A DNA stretch of 62,897 bases, the filler included, from Circinaria calcarea (Eukaryota), in the NCBI GenBank assembly GCA_051942165.1. It is 25 parts of 25 records of this genome, joined end to end, with 100 filler letters (N's around TTAATTAATTAA, not from the genome) between each part and the next. Parts side by side here need not be neighbours in the genome. Positions count along the whole stretch, not along the records: positions 47,933 to 50,346 come from JAVECS010003565.1; positions 50,447 to 52,859 come from JAVECS010003566.1; positions 52,960 to 55,372 come from JAVECS010003567.1; positions 55,473 to 57,885 come from JAVECS010003568.1; positions 57,986 to 60,394 come from JAVECS010003569.1; positions 60,495 to 62,897 come from JAVECS010003571.1; 19 more parts are not named here. The stretch is one strand, 5' to 3'. A program made the position numbers and the translations under genes. The notes beneath the pieces are model-generated. The model was not told the origin of the DNA, made no database searches, and was given only the letters and a program-made list of their open reading frames with translations. This document shows, piece by piece, positions 48,958-61,658 of this stretch (position 1 is its first letter; every line of letters begins with the position of its first letter).

Positions 48958-50346
48958 CTAGGTAATTGAAATGTTTATGATTTTGATATCTTCCTCGGGC
49001 TTTTCCTTGTAAACACGTGTGTTTTCAATTCGGTGGACGACATCCAATCCTTGAATCGCCCTGCCAAAGATTGTATGCTTCTTGTCCAGCCAGGCACACT
49101 TTTCCGTGGTGATGAAGAACTGCGATCCGTTGGTGTTCGGGCCGGCGTTGGCCATGCTGACAGTATAGGGTTTGTCGTGTTTGAGAGTGGAAAACTCGTC
49201 CTCGAACTCTTTGCCCCAGATGCTCTCGCCGCCGGTACCGTCACCCAATGGATCTCCGCACTGCAGAAAAGTCAATATCAAAATGGCAACAATGGTTCGT
49301 GGCATGCCTACTTGAATCATAAACTTCCGTACCACCCGATGGAAGATGGTGTTGTTGTAATACCCATTCTTTGAATGGGTTACGAAATTCTCTACAGCCT
49401 TGGGTGCCGCCTCCGGGAACAGCCTCATATGAATATCACCATACGTGGTATGGAGGACCGCCGCGGTACCGGATTCTGCAGGCTTGGCTTCAATCTGTTG
49501 CCGCGCATTGAGATTCCTTGGTTTCTCATTCTGAATGTCACGTTCCGACTTGCTTATCTCCTCATCGTTGGTGAAGATGTAGAAACGGACTTTGCCAGAC
49601 CCCGTGGACACGAGCATAGGATCTCTTTCTTCTGCCTCCTGCAGTAAGGGATTGGCACTAGCCGCCATCGAAACGGTCACGACTCCCTTTTTCTGGGGCT
49701 GTCCCTGATATAACGCCAGGTTTAAAGATCTGAATGGTTCTTCTTTACCGTAAACCTTGACAACGCGGTTCGTAAGGGTATTGATAACCTTTGCGCCGAG
49801 TATTGAGCCATAGACAATAAAGTATCCGGTTTCGTCGAAAATAACATTCATCTTATTCTGATGGACCGGGTTCTCCAGATCACGCTCCACAGCTAAGCGC
49901 CGCCCGAATTCCACATCCTCCAATTTCTGTAACGCGGTGCCCGCTTGCTGCATTTCGGTGAGGGTAACGAGTGACTCATCATAGGTCCTGTAAAGTTTGC
50001 CAGACGGAAAGTCAAAGACACGAACTTTCCGATCCGGAAAGGAGAAGGTGGCAAATTGGGAGCCAGTCGGAGAGATGGTGATGGAGGCCGGTAATGATTT
50101 GGCTTTTTTGAATTCGAACAGGTTGGTAGAGCTCTTGTACTGAAAAACGTTTTCCGGCTTCTCGTGATTACCGCTAGGTCGCCAGTATTCCACCATACCA
50201 CTCTCATCGGCCGAAACCACACAGTCGTAGGCATTGTTGTATGCCATTAGGATAATAGGGCTTTTGTGTAGGCTCGAGAGGGAATCGATTGGGGATTGAG
50301 ATTCACCTCGGCCGTCGTAAATGTTTATTACGTGACCAATCTCTTC
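48958..50346 (-). CDS. cyp15: WD40-repeat cyclophilin (Cyp15/PPWD1), 5'-truncated
   Basis: WD40 region, then HTTYGDIH...APKAVENF...FHRVVRKFMIQ, intron 49311-49261, CGDPLGDGTGGESIWG...SMANAGPNTNGSQFFIT...WLDKKHTIFG. Confidence 0.95.
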   Translation of the reverse strand, partial: EEIGHVINIYDGRGESQSPIDSLSSLHKSPIILMAYNNAYDCVVSADESGMVEYWRPSGNHEKPENVFQYKSSTNLFEFKKAKSLPASITISPTGSQFATFSFPDRKVRVFDFPSGKLYRTYDESLVTLTEMQQAGTALQKLEDVEFGRRLAVERDLENPVHQNKMNVIFDETGYFIVYGSILGAKVINTLTNRVVKVYGKEEPFRSLNLALYQGQPQKKGVVTVSMAASANPLLQEAEERDPMLVSTGSGKVRFYIFTNDEEISKSERDIQNEKPRNLNARQQIEAKPAESGTAAVLHTTYGDIHMRLFPEAAPKAVENFVTHSKNGYYNNTIFHRVVRKFMIQVGMPRTIVAILILTFLQCGDPLGDGTGGESIWGKEFEDEFSTLKHDKPYTVSMANAGPNTNGSQFFITTEKCAWLDKKHTIFGRAIQGLDVVHRIENTRVYKEKPEEDIKIINISIT

Positions 50347-52198
50347 NNNNNNNNNNNNNNNNNNNNNNNNNNNNNNNNNNNNNNNNNNNNTTAATTAATT
50401 AANNNNNNNNNNNNNNNNNNNNNNNNNNNNNNNNNNNNNNNNNNNNGGACCAGGGGGATCAGGGGGACCAGGAGCAGGACTTGGGTTTTGGAGTTTGGGG
50501 TACGGGGTTTGTGCTTGTGGGACCGTGAAAGTGGAACCGTGAAAGAGGAGGGGAGGGGGAGGGAAGAAGGGAAGGAAAAGGGTCTCAGGTTCTTAGGGAC
50601 TTGGTTTTAAATTCAAGAAAAGCAATGAAGATCGAAAACGAGTTGGAACATTGGCTCTCGTTAGCAACAACTGCAATGTTACATATCATGACAACAGGCA
50701 AGCAAGGAAGGAGAGTGAATGGTTAGAATCTGCGCTCCTTGCTCCAATAGGTAGGTAGGTAGTAGTATTATCCAAAGGAAAACTCAACCACCTCTGGGCT
50801 TTCTAAAAGAGCGACTTCACGGTCAGTGTTCTCCATTCCCGCCCCTCTTTACTTTCCCCATGCACTGAAGGTCCAACTCGCAAAACATGGAATGTGTCCA
50901 GCATAACTTTCAACCCTATCCGTAACGAAAAATAAACCTCCCCCCTCACAAGCGCGTCCAACAAACCCCCACCACACAATCTCCTCCAGGCAAAGATTTG
51001 GATCCCCCCCATCTTCCAGTCCAGATCAGCAGCTGCGCGAGAACCACATCCACTTGTTGTAGAAATGCGGGGGAAGCTGCAAGCTACATTCGACAATTGT
51101 GTGGACGAGAAAAGTAGGAGGAAATCGAGCCACCAGAAGGAAAAGGGGGCGGAGAAGTATATTTGTTTTTTCGTGGTAGCTGCATCGTGAGGCTCGTTTT
51201 TTTAAAAAAAAAAAGCTGTTTCTAAAACCGTAAATATCCCCTTAGCAGACAGGAAAAGTAACGTGGACGAGGGCGTTTTGACGATCAGGCGAGCCGCAAG
51301 AAGAGACAAAGGCGTCGAAACCCAGTTTCGCGGGTCTAGTACTAGGTAGACCGGGAAAGAGGAAAGGTCGACTATCTCTATGAGAGCCCGGTGTTGTCAT
51401 CGCCGAGTCAAGTCCCTTTTTGTTGTCTGAGTAGAGAATACTGGTGGTAGAAAGTGTATGATAGTGTTGCGCGCGTAGATGGTGGGCCCATATAGGTTTT
51501 CTGGTTGCTTGTATATGGTAGAAGACGGTGGATGGATTATGGGTAGTGTCGTGGAAAGGACCGGGATAGAGGAAACAGTAGCTGCAGCTCCGCCGAATGG
51601 GGAGCGCACGGTCGTTTCTTCTCCACCTCGGATTCTCTCGTAGGTTGTAGATATCCCAATGTAGGTATCTATGATGATTGACGAAACCATCTTCTGTCCA
51701 TTTAGTCTCCACCTGAAAAGACTGTCGAAAACAAAAGATCCCAAGGGCACCGATATCATAGCAGCAGCAAGCTCAATCATATCAACAACCTGCGCGTCTC
51801 GTATACCCTTACTCCCTTATTCAGGGCAAAGGATAATAGAAATCTCCAATCACATGCGATCATCCAACCATCCAACCGAAGAAGTAAGAAAACTAGTCTT
51901 TTCCTGCCTTCTCGCATAACCTCAACACCGCTCTCAAAAGGAAAGCAGGGAGAAGAGGAGAAGGCGCAAAGATTAAGGCACGCCCGCTTAATTGCGATAT
52001 GCACATAAAAACTACACAAATTATACGACGTGAGTTGCACCACACGTTTGTACCAAGTAAAATCATCGCTCTCATAATCAAGAAAAGTCCAGCTTTTTTC
52101 GACTCTGTCAACGGAGAGGGGTATCATGATGGAATGCACGCTCTATCTAATACGTCGCATGCTTCGAACAAAAAGTAAAACGAACCAACTTTTCGCCA

Positions 52199-52859
52199 TC
52201 ACCTCTTCTCATCGACCAAATCACCGTAAGAACTTCCTCTAACATGTCCTACACCTTCGACCCTGCCCACGAGTGCCCTTTCCCCAGCGTACCCGAATTT
52301 TGGATCTCGCCAACTCTCCTGGCTTGTGTTGTCCCCGTCTCTGGATCTTAACGCGGGTGCCTGAAAAGACGGAAACGGGGTAGGCGTAGGCAGAGGTGGT
52401 TCATAAGCTGGCGCGGAGGACATGGGCCGTTGAGACTCAAGTGGGATATCACCTGCATACGATGGCCCACCTTCGGCCCGGTTTTTGTCACGACCAAAAG
52501 CAAGGAAGCAAGCGCGGGCAAGACCAAGGAAGACGAGGAGAACCCAAAGCAGGAGGATAAATGTCGAGATGAGGGCTTCAGTCCGGATAGCATTTACCAA
52601 ATGATTGACTACCTTTGTTACGGCACCGGTAATTTCATCAGTGGCTTTGTCGTTGGAAGAGGCAAGTAGGCTATCACTTGGAGTTGAGCCGTTGGAAGCG
52701 AGGCTGGCTGCTGCACCGAGGGAAAATGTATCCATAGGTAGGAGGGGAAACTCTACGTGGGCGTTATCGGAAACCCAAGTCAATGCCTTTTGTATGCCAA
52801 CAATTTTGAGCCCGATGAGGCAATTGAGGACCTCGGTGACGGGATCATGGAGGACGGTT
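52199..52859 (-). CDS. PRM1: Plasma membrane fusion protein Prm1, C-terminal fragment
   Basis: LHDPVTEVLNCLIGLKIVGIQKALTWVSDNAHVEFP...TDEITGAV...IRTEALIS, then a TM helix. Confidence 0.88.
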
Positions 52860-52959
52860 NNNNNNNNNNNNNNNNNNNNNNNNNNNNNNNNNNNNNNNNN
52901 NNNTTAATTAATTAANNNNNNNNNNNNNNNNNNNNNNNNNNNNNNNNNNNNNNNNNNNN

Positions 52960-54139
52960 ATCGAGAAATGTCGAAACTCATTTCTCAGCAAGTGGGTATT
53001 TCCTAGAAGTCCAAATAAAACTAAGTTCAACGATGCTGATCCTATATCTAAAGGCTCGTACCCTAGTGCACGCCTCCAATCTCTACCATAACGCGTGGAC
53101 TGGCGAGCTATCAAAACTCATGGTTACGAAGACACGAGAATCTGGTTCCATGCACTCGGCCTCTAAATTATTTGTCTGCAACTCTGGTAGTGAAGCAAAT
53201 GAAGCTGCCATCAAGTTTGCTCGTAAAGTTGGGAAAATACGAGACCCAACCGGCGAAAAGTACGAAATCGTCTCTTTCCACAATTCCTTCCATGGCCGGA
53301 CCATGGGGTCTCTGTCAGCAACGCCAAACCCAAAATACCAGAAACCCTTCGCGCCAATGCTACCAGGCTTCAAATACGGGGACTACAACGACGAAGCAGG
53401 TATTGAGGACCTCGTGACGGAAAAGACCTGTGGTGTCATTGTCGAACCTATACAGGGTGAAGGCGGTGTCATTGTTGCAAATCCTTCTTTCCTACAAGCT
53501 CTTCGAGATCGTTGCAACAAATTTGGTGCTGTCCTAATCTACGATGAAATTCAATGCGGACTATCACGAACAGGTCAACTATGGGCACATCAAAACCTTC
53601 CTCCGTCAGCACATCCTGATATCCTTACTACTGCCAAGGCCTTGGGGAATGGCTTTCCTATAGGTGCAACAATGGTCACGGAGGAAGTTGCAAAATGCGT
53701 CGTTACAGGTGATCACGGCACAACCTTCGGTGGTAATCCTTTAGCATGTCGATTAGCACATTACATTGTCTCTCGGCTATCGGAGCCGGAACTGCAACGT
53801 GGAGTCCTTGAGAAAGAGAAGAGATTCCGAAGAGGGTTCGAGAAGTTGCAAGCAGCGTACCCGAACGTAATAACAGAAATCCGAGGACGAGGTCTCATTC
53901 TTGGGTTACAGTTAACGCAAGACCCCACACCTATCGTCACAGCCGCGCGCGAAAGGGGTTTACTCGTCATAACGGCGGGGACGAACACCTTGCGCTTCGT
54001 TCCACCATTGATAGTCAGCAACGAAGAGATCGAGGAGGGTTTGGGTATCCTCGGTCAGGCGATGGATGCTGTTTTCGAATCGGACGAGCGGATCAAGGGT
54101 ACAAAGGGGCAGCAGGAAATGGCTCCCAATGGACGATGA
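52960..54139 (+). CDS. ARG8: Acetylornithine aminotransferase, 5'-truncated
   Basis: Intron 52992-53053; NSGSEANEAAIKFAR, SFHGRTMG, IVEPIQGEGG, DEIQCGLSRTG, TAKALGNG (PLP Lys), HGTTFGGNP. Confidence 0.96.
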
Positions 54140-55029
54140 AACGATACCCTTGCAATATAATCTGAAAACTAGATTTGGCACTGTGGAAGATATTCTATAA
54201 AAGGACTTCAGCGACCCATGCAGTTTCCCAAAAAATAAACAATATTTTAGTGTTATTTAAGTCCAATGATCACGTCTTCAAGTCGGCGGGTCATGCCGGT
54301 GTCCCCCTCCCCTACATCATCGTAACTTATAGGTCTTCTCCCATGCTCTAGACCGACTGCTCTCGGAATTCTGCTTCTTTGAACTAGGAATATTATAAGT
54401 TAGGAGAGCCTTCAGTTATGTCCAAGGCGCGTGGTGGACGCGAGAGTCTCCTTCGTACCCAATTCCACGTACAACGAAGGTGTTTGAAAACTCCGATCAG
54501 GGATCGCTATAATCCTTCTTCGTGCCTGGCAAACTCTGACCTCCTGCCCATGCGGAGACGGCCTGGGGGTGAATCTTGAAATACGCCAAACTTGGCTTCC
54601 TGTCCAACGAGCCAGCCGATGCTGATAACTATCAAAACCGGCAACTTTCCAGACTCTCGCAGCTATTGATACGTCCAGTCTAATTACGGATTTGTGCAAG
54701 GGTTGTGGCTATGAGTTCCTGTAGTATTCCAAGCCGAAGTTGCCTAATGCTACGCGAGATCTCTATATATTACCATAAATAGACTAGCTCGTATTACATA
54801 AGCATCTATGTGAGTGCACGTGATTAACTCCTACATTCCGAGCATCTTATCCGAGCGAAGATTCTCTTCCCATGCGATTTGTGGCAGCGAAAACCAATAT
54901 GGATTGCGATATCAAGGCTAATGTAGTAATCTATCAGCTGCAGGATTGCACTTACGTGGGAGAGACTGACATGGCTTTGCTACACTGGTTACACGACATG
55001 CTCTAGTTAGCCTCGCCGGCGATAAATGC

Positions 55030-55150
55030 CTCATTCTTTCCTTGGACAATCTCATTTTTCTTGGACATTCTCATTGTTCATAGACAACCCTCATCCCGGG
55101 CATCATATTATTCTCCGATCATCTCATTATTTTAGACCATCTCCCTCTTC
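55030..55150 (+). repeat. Degenerate ~19-20 bp minisatellite (CTCATTnTTCTTGGACAAT-like)
   Basis: At least four imperfect units, e.g. ctcatttttcttggacatt and ctcattgttcatagacaac. Confidence 0.6.
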
Positions 55151-55238
55151 TTAAACATTAACACTATCGCCTCATTGAGTCATTCTCCGATAGTTCTAGG
55201 GCCCGTTGGGTGCATTACCTATATTCAGCTCGAGGCTT

Positions 55239-55372
55239 ATGGCAGAGGTTGCGGGCTTTGCAGCGAGCCTTGCAACTCTTGTCCAGGTTACTAAATACGT
55301 TTTGACTATCCTCAAAGACATAAAAAAGGGTGGAGAAGATCGCAAAAGATTAATCAACGAGATCAGCAATCT
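55239..55372 (+). CDS. Fungal STAND/NLR N-terminal helical domain (HeLo-like/SesA-like), fragment
   Basis: MAEVAGFAASLATLVQVTKYVLTILKDIKKGGEDRKRLINEI matches the typical start of fungal NACHT-NLR proteins. Confidence 0.7.
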
Positions 55373-57000
55373 NNNNNNNNNNNNNNNNNNNNNNNNNNNN
55401 NNNNNNNNNNNNNNNNTTAATTAATTAANNNNNNNNNNNNNNNNNNNNNNNNNNNNNNNNNNNNNNNNNNNNGAATCATGAAAGCTTATTTATGGTACTA
55501 TACTGGTAGTCGTCGGGGCCCTCCTCGGCCATAGTTCGTTTTTTTGTCAACTCCAAACCGGTTGGGGTTTGAAAGAAGGGCTGGCTGTCAATCGACCTTG
55601 CTAATCCGTACAAAGCTTTGTTCTTTGTTTTCAAAATAGAAAAATTATACCTTCTTTCTCTTCCGTGATAATAAGCCTAGCCTGTTTTGAGCTGAGTTGA
55701 GCTGTTAAGCTAAAACTTTCTCCACATCCACGTTTACGCTCAGACATTCGAGTCTCAGCACAGTAGCTTCTTTTCCCCCTGGATTTTCCAGTGACAAATG
55801 AATCCCCAGAAGGGGCAGATGGCATTCTAATCAATTGTCACCGTGTTTTGGGCGTTCTGAAAACGTTTTGCCTGAATTTTTTCTTTTTTTCCCCTGGGCT
55901 TTGCGCGGGGGGATTGTGGCAATCCATGTTTGGGGGAAAGTCGCTGCTTGCGCTCGGATTTTGCTTAATCAGTAATTCCACGATTGAATAATGAGTAGTA
56001 GTGTGCTACGGGGGCAAATAATAGCCTATACGTGTGTGCTCTGAATAAGGGGGTCACGCCTCACGTCCAAAATCATTTGAGTGGAATGATCTATTATTTT
56101 GATGAGGGGGAAACCCGCCCCCCTTTCTTCTAAATTACACGTCTTTTGCACCGCAAACCTTCCCCATACCAATAGCCGAGGAAAAGCGCATAATAACGAG
56201 CAAAAACTAACTTTTGGTGTTTTCGCCCCGGGGGTAAAGTGAGGGATATTCATGTGGTTTTTTTCTATATATGATCTTCTGGTGGTGGGGAGGAAAAAGG
56301 TCCATGCTCATTTATACTTTTTGCGCGGGGAGTCTTCTGACATGTTTTGCGGGGAAGCGCATTGGGCAGCTACCCCGGCTTAAGCTGTCACTTGTGAAGC
56401 TTATATTTTGCTGAAGGTGTTGTGGATTTGGAGAGGAGAAATATACGGCTGAGACCTTGGGGTTTGGTGCTGTAAATTGGAATCTGTTAGTGCGGTTAGG
56501 AGAAAAGACTACAGCAGGACGAGGATATTTGTTTTCCTTAGTCCTCTGCTACATGGGATCTGGAGGTCTTTTAGAGTGCTTTCTGGGTTATTTCAATTAT
56601 ACCTTCAAAGGAGTTGGACCTTGGCAGTGCTTTGGCTCGGAGTTGGGTACTGTGGCCAGTAGGTTCTATGGTTCATACATGTTTATATTTGCACAGACTT
56701 TGCCAAAAACCTCTCTGAATTCTGCGGTTGCTCGGACTACTACGCTCTGTCTATAGCTAAAGTTACACAAGTGAGCTGCATAACCGGACGTGTTGGGGAT
56801 AACATATAAGAAGCAGGAAACGCCTGCTCTCCGAACGTCAGCGACAGCTTCTATATCTATTCCATAGGTTCCACAGATTACCATTCCCTCTTACTAACCG
56901 TTTATTTACTTTTTGAGTATTCTTGCTCCCCTCTAAATCCGTCCCTGAATAAAGAAACAGCTAATAGTTATAGTATAACACATATATCAGTACAGGAGCC

Positions 57001-57885
57001 ATGTTGTCCCACAACATGCGCTCCGTAATTTTCCAGTGGTTCACGGCCTTCTTGGCCTTCGAGTCGCTCTTCATCAACCAAGTAGCCGCGGCTGCAAACC
57101 TGCGATGGGCAACCAGAATACTCTCGGACGAAAACATCCATGATACCCCGTCTTCCCGGTTCTCATCGTCCTCCCCGTCTTCTGTGTCCTCCGCTTCTAG
57201 CCTTTCCCCTCGGTCTTCGGCGTTTGCTGCCCCGTCGAGTTCATTGGTTCCGCGACAAGCACCTTCTACCGGTATATCTACCATGACAACCTGCAACCCG
57301 GAATTCTTCGACCCGAAACACTTTGCGGAATCAGGAGCTGCGGAATGGTACGCCAACTGGACTGTTGCGATCGACAAGAACTCGCCGGCTTGGACAGACG
57401 GGTTTGCGGAACCGCAATATTTCGCCGAGCAGCAGCTGGCTTGGATGGATTTGGACTGCGGGGTGACGCACAAGGGCTGTATCAACATGCCGAATTGTGA
57501 TGAGATCCTGGAGCGGGTTGGTGGTGACGGAGAACTGGCCAGGAAAATATACTACGTCCTCCAGTCCTACCATAATATGAACTTGATAGCTGGTGTTATA
57601 ACTGTAAGTTTCACCTCCTCCTCTTCTCCGTCTCTTCTGCATAAAGAAAGATTCTACGTTAGACATGGCAATTATCTTTTGGTCCCAAGGATCATATGGA
57701 TACTTACCTCCACACCCAAACTATCAATCCAAATTGATTCTCACACATACCACAGGAGCAAAGTTTAAATGCCGAAACCAACGTCATCGGTATGGCCGCA
57801 AGCTTGTCCCACACCTTCTTCTGGCGCTTTGATCAAGGGAAGCAGGACAAATGTGAGATGCTAGCCAGTTTTGTCAAAACTGTAC
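57001..57885 (+). CDS. Secreted Cys-containing protein of unknown function, 3'-truncated
   Basis: Signal-like N-terminus, Ser-rich pro-region ending LVPR|Q, Cys/Trp domain (DLDCGVTHKGCINMPNC), and intron 57604-57755 with an in-frame continuation (EQSLNAETNVIGMAASLSHTFFW). Confidence 0.7.
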
Positions 57886-58154
57886 NNNNNNNNNNNNNNN
57901 NNNNNNNNNNNNNNNNNNNNNNNNNNNNNTTAATTAATTAANNNNNNNNNNNNNNNNNNNNNNNNNNNNNNNNNNNNNNNNNNNNCTTTAATTCCCTCTC
58001 CCCCCCCCCCGCCCGGGGGGGAATAGAGAGGGTAAGTAAAAGTAGGAGCCCGGGTACCAACCATAAAACATGACCCGTTCTGCCCGGTACCGAATTTAAA
58101 AAGAGAAAAAAAAAACATTAGGGGAAGTTACGGTGCGGAAAGGGTGTTTGTTGT

Positions 58155-58475
58155 TGTAGGGGGCGCTGCAAATCCTTGGGGCCTAATGAGGAATATGTCA
58201 AGTCCCGATTGGTGATAGCAATAGCACGGTTACAGGGGGTGGTAGTTGAACTGTTGGCCCTAGGCTCAATATAAAAGGAGTATGTTGAGCTTGTTATGGT
58301 TCTGTAAGCATACGATTCTAAAGAGTCGGGAATAGTCTACTGTATATAATACCCGGAGCACCCGGAGCACCTGGAGCATTGGCTTGGCGGCCCTGCTCAT
58401 TTTGTTCACCCTTAAGCGAACTCCATACTAGTCCGCATGAGGTCTGAACCCTGAGTGTGGCGTAGCGCCATAACA
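58155..58475 (-). mobile_element. Solo LTR of an LTR retrotransposon (321 bp)
   Basis: TGT...ACA termini with a perfect 5-bp TSD, GTTGT (58150-58154 and 58476-58480). The first ~120 bp align with the copy at 12668. Internal CCCGGAGCA repeats. Confidence 0.88.
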
Positions 58476-58801
58476 GTTGTCAGGACATTTTACGCCATTT
58501 CTAACCGTTTGTTCTCCCACCCCCTCTCCTTCACTGTTTTTCCAGAATTTCTACGCTTGAATATCGCTGTATGGAAAAGCTTGGCAAGCTCCGGCTGAAA
58601 TATCCATAAACAGGACCTGTTAATATAGATTATTCATTTAAATGGATAGGTAAATCCTATATGGAAATTATAGCCTTGTTAGATATCGTTGAGTTAGTAA
58701 TTCGCCAAACTCCCCCTAGTTCCCGACGTTCGCCTCGACGTTCCTCCTCCCCTCCGGCAACGGCTTTCCCCTTCTCCCTTCCGCTTCCCAAACCTCAAGC
58801 A

Positions 58802-60394
58802 CTAATCACCCTCGGAGGGTCCGCGACCTGCCCCCGAGGCCCGGATAGGCATCCCCGTGACCTTGAACGGATGAGCTTCCGTGTTAAAGACCCACGAGTT
58901 CACCCCGTCATGCTCGACCTGCCAGACGTCGTCCTGAGAGTCGCCACATCAGTCTTCCGTATAAAGCCGCCCCTCAGGCATAATAATCATGAGTTACAAG
59001 GAAGAGAAAGCTTACCGGCGCGTGGATCAAATAGCTGTACTTTAGCACTTCGGCGAAGAGGAAACTCTCCTGAAGATCCGTCTTCGTCCCCCCGTCCGCA
59101 GCGTTCACGTTACTAATACTGCTGAATCCGCTCTCGGTTCTGGTCGTCGCATTGATGGCGACAAACGCATCCCACGCCCAGTCTTGGTATGTGGCATTAC
59201 GGGTAATGCGGTAGGCGTAGTAGTAGCTTTCAATCACTTCCGGCCGCAAGATGTAAGCCGGGTTGGTCAGGTAGAAACCAGACGCGTTGTAGAATGCGGT
59301 CTGCTCGGATGGGACCGCAGAGTCGTCCCACGCAAACGATTCGGGCCCGATGTGCGTGGCCGTCGATGCATAGGTTTCATGGCAGCCGTTGACCAGGGCA
59401 AGTCCGAAGTCGATGTAGTCTTGGCGGCCGAGAACCTGGCCGCCGAGGAGGAAGTTGCCGCCGTCGAAGCAGGCGAGATGCTGGGATTCATATATAAGGT
59501 TGGTGCCATTATAATCGGCGAGGAAGGTCAAATCCAGGCGAGAGGACGGATGGCTACTGAGGTTCGCGATGCTGGAATCGGCGGCGAGCACCCATCTAAG
59601 CAACGGTGTAAGCAGGGAGCTCTCTATTCTACTACATCGGAAGGACTATGCTTGCGTACCTATCTTTGTATGATCCGAATCGGCTCGGATCATAAATGTA
59701 CATCTTGATCAGATACTCGTAGAACGAATCAGTCCCACCAGTCCAGGCCCCCCTTGCATCTAAAAACATCCCGGTGTCAATGTCAATATTAGAGCCAACA
59801 AGACCAGGGAACGGCTCGGATGAAGCAGGCTGAGGATTCAAAAGGTAAGATTCCGCCTTCTGGCTGAGGTTCGCATACTGGGAATCACCGGTGAGATCAG
59901 AAAGATGGGTCCACTCCAGAACAAGAGTGCCCATGCCGGCAAGTCCGTTCGTTGCACCACCGATTGTGGTCTGATTGGTAACGTTCAGCCCATTATAAGG
60001 GATGCCGGTGGGCGTATTAAAGGCAAACTTCAAAACGTTTGCGAGATTCGTCGATTGCGCGAGGAGGGCGTCAACGTTTGTTGCCTACCAAAAGACTCAG
60101 CTCTAGCTTCGCTACGATCGATTGCCAACTTACATTTGAGTTGAGGTTAGAAAGTGGACCTTTTAATAGGTCATATCCAGAGAGCATCCCAGCAAGGTAG
60201 CGAATCTTCGTAGGGTCAGTAGCAGCACCGACAAGAGCACCGGAGCGTCAGGATGCTAACTTACCGTTGTCTCGAAGAGACTGACATCGGTTGTAGTATT
60301 GGCAAAATTGATCGTTGGGATATAATCCAAAATCTCATCCACTATCTCTGGGATCTGCATCACCAAAGCGGTACTAAATGCATCCACAGCGCTT
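58802..60394 (-). CDS. GH47 class I alpha-1,2-mannosidase (MsdS/Mns1B type), 5'-truncated, multi-exon
   Basis: [66 protein letters not shown]. Confidence 0.95.
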
Positions 60395-60494
60395 NNNNNN
60401 NNNNNNNNNNNNNNNNNNNNNNNNNNNNNNNNNNNNNNTTAATTAATTAANNNNNNNNNNNNNNNNNNNNNNNNNNNNNNNNNNNNNNNNNNNN

Positions 60495-60850
60495 TGCATG
60501 TTCATACACTTGTTGCGAGATCTGCTTTGTTACGGCTGAGACGGCGAGTGGGCGCAGCATATTTCGGTAAGCTGGATCGGAGAAGGGGATGATGGAGGAG
60601 TAGGAATGGACGATGCCGTCATGGTGAAGGGTATATCCAAGGTCTGTCGAAAGCTGTGTAAGGAGGCCTGCCTCAATTAGGGCGGAGGGGGCGGCGTCAA
60701 CACCAGGCTTGCACTGACAGACGGGTGAGTGCGGAGGAAGGGGGTTGAAGGGGAGCAAAGTACCTGACCGCCGGAGAAGCCCACTGCTACGACTCCGAGA
60801 TCATTGTTTGAGGTTAAGAATTTGGGCGTGACCGTCGACGGAGAAGTCAT
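60495..60850 (-). CDS. CAR1: Arginase, N-terminal fragment
   Basis: MTSPSTVTPKFL...LGVVAVGFSGGQ, intron 60763-60714, CKPGVDAAPSALIEAGLLTQL...RPLAVSAVT. Confidence 0.92.
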
Positions 60851-61658
60851 ATTGAATATGGGGGATAATTATTCGAGGATTGGCCGAGGATTGTGCGTTT
60901 CAAATGAGTGATGACGTTGCTAGTTACATAGAGTAAAGACGAGAGTCCGTAGTATGCAGCAGTCAACGAAAAGGCGGTAAAGACTGTGCTTATATGAGCC
61001 AAACTGGGGATATTATTTTGTAGATGCAGAACCGTTGACACCCTCTTCGGTGACGATGTGGGATGCAGAGTGGGATGACCAGGACGCACTTTAGGCTGGA
61101 GCTGCACTTTGGGGAATAGTTTTTCCACGCCTTACCCCCAAGTGAAGGTCACACGTCTGATCGATCCATTTGCCCCCGACAGCCTTCTCCTAAGTACAGG
61201 TATACGCTCGATGTGTCAGGATAATGACGGCGGTCGGTATCTGTGACCAATCTTTCGAACAGTCTGGCCAACATTGACTTTTCGCGCGCAAACGGTCTTG
61301 AGGAGGGTTACATCTGGATCGTCTACTTTGAACGTAGCTCATCATGAAGCAATGCGCTTTATCCCAATTTACCTTTTACATTGGGAAAGCTGTGAGGGCG
61401 GCGTCGAAACACACAGTTCTTGCTAGGGTAGGGTGGAGATTAGGTAACGACAGGCTCCGCCAGCTCGTTCTCCTCGAATATCAATCACTGCGAATCATAT
61501 ACGGAAAGCGCTTGCTTCTCCGATGCAATCTATCTTAACTCATTCGATTATCATCGGCTGGTCCGAATACTCCTTCGTCCGGCCGCCCTAAGACAGGCAG
61601 ATGCCAATACCGGAGCTTGAGGCCCAAGTGATGCTTAAAAGAGCAGAACTGGGGGACT

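Noticed and set aside
55473..56400. G/C- and A/T-run-rich tract resembling Mutator-type long TIRs (also 15990-16140 and 57986-58140)
   Set aside because: I could not identify a matching inverted partner or TSD by eye.
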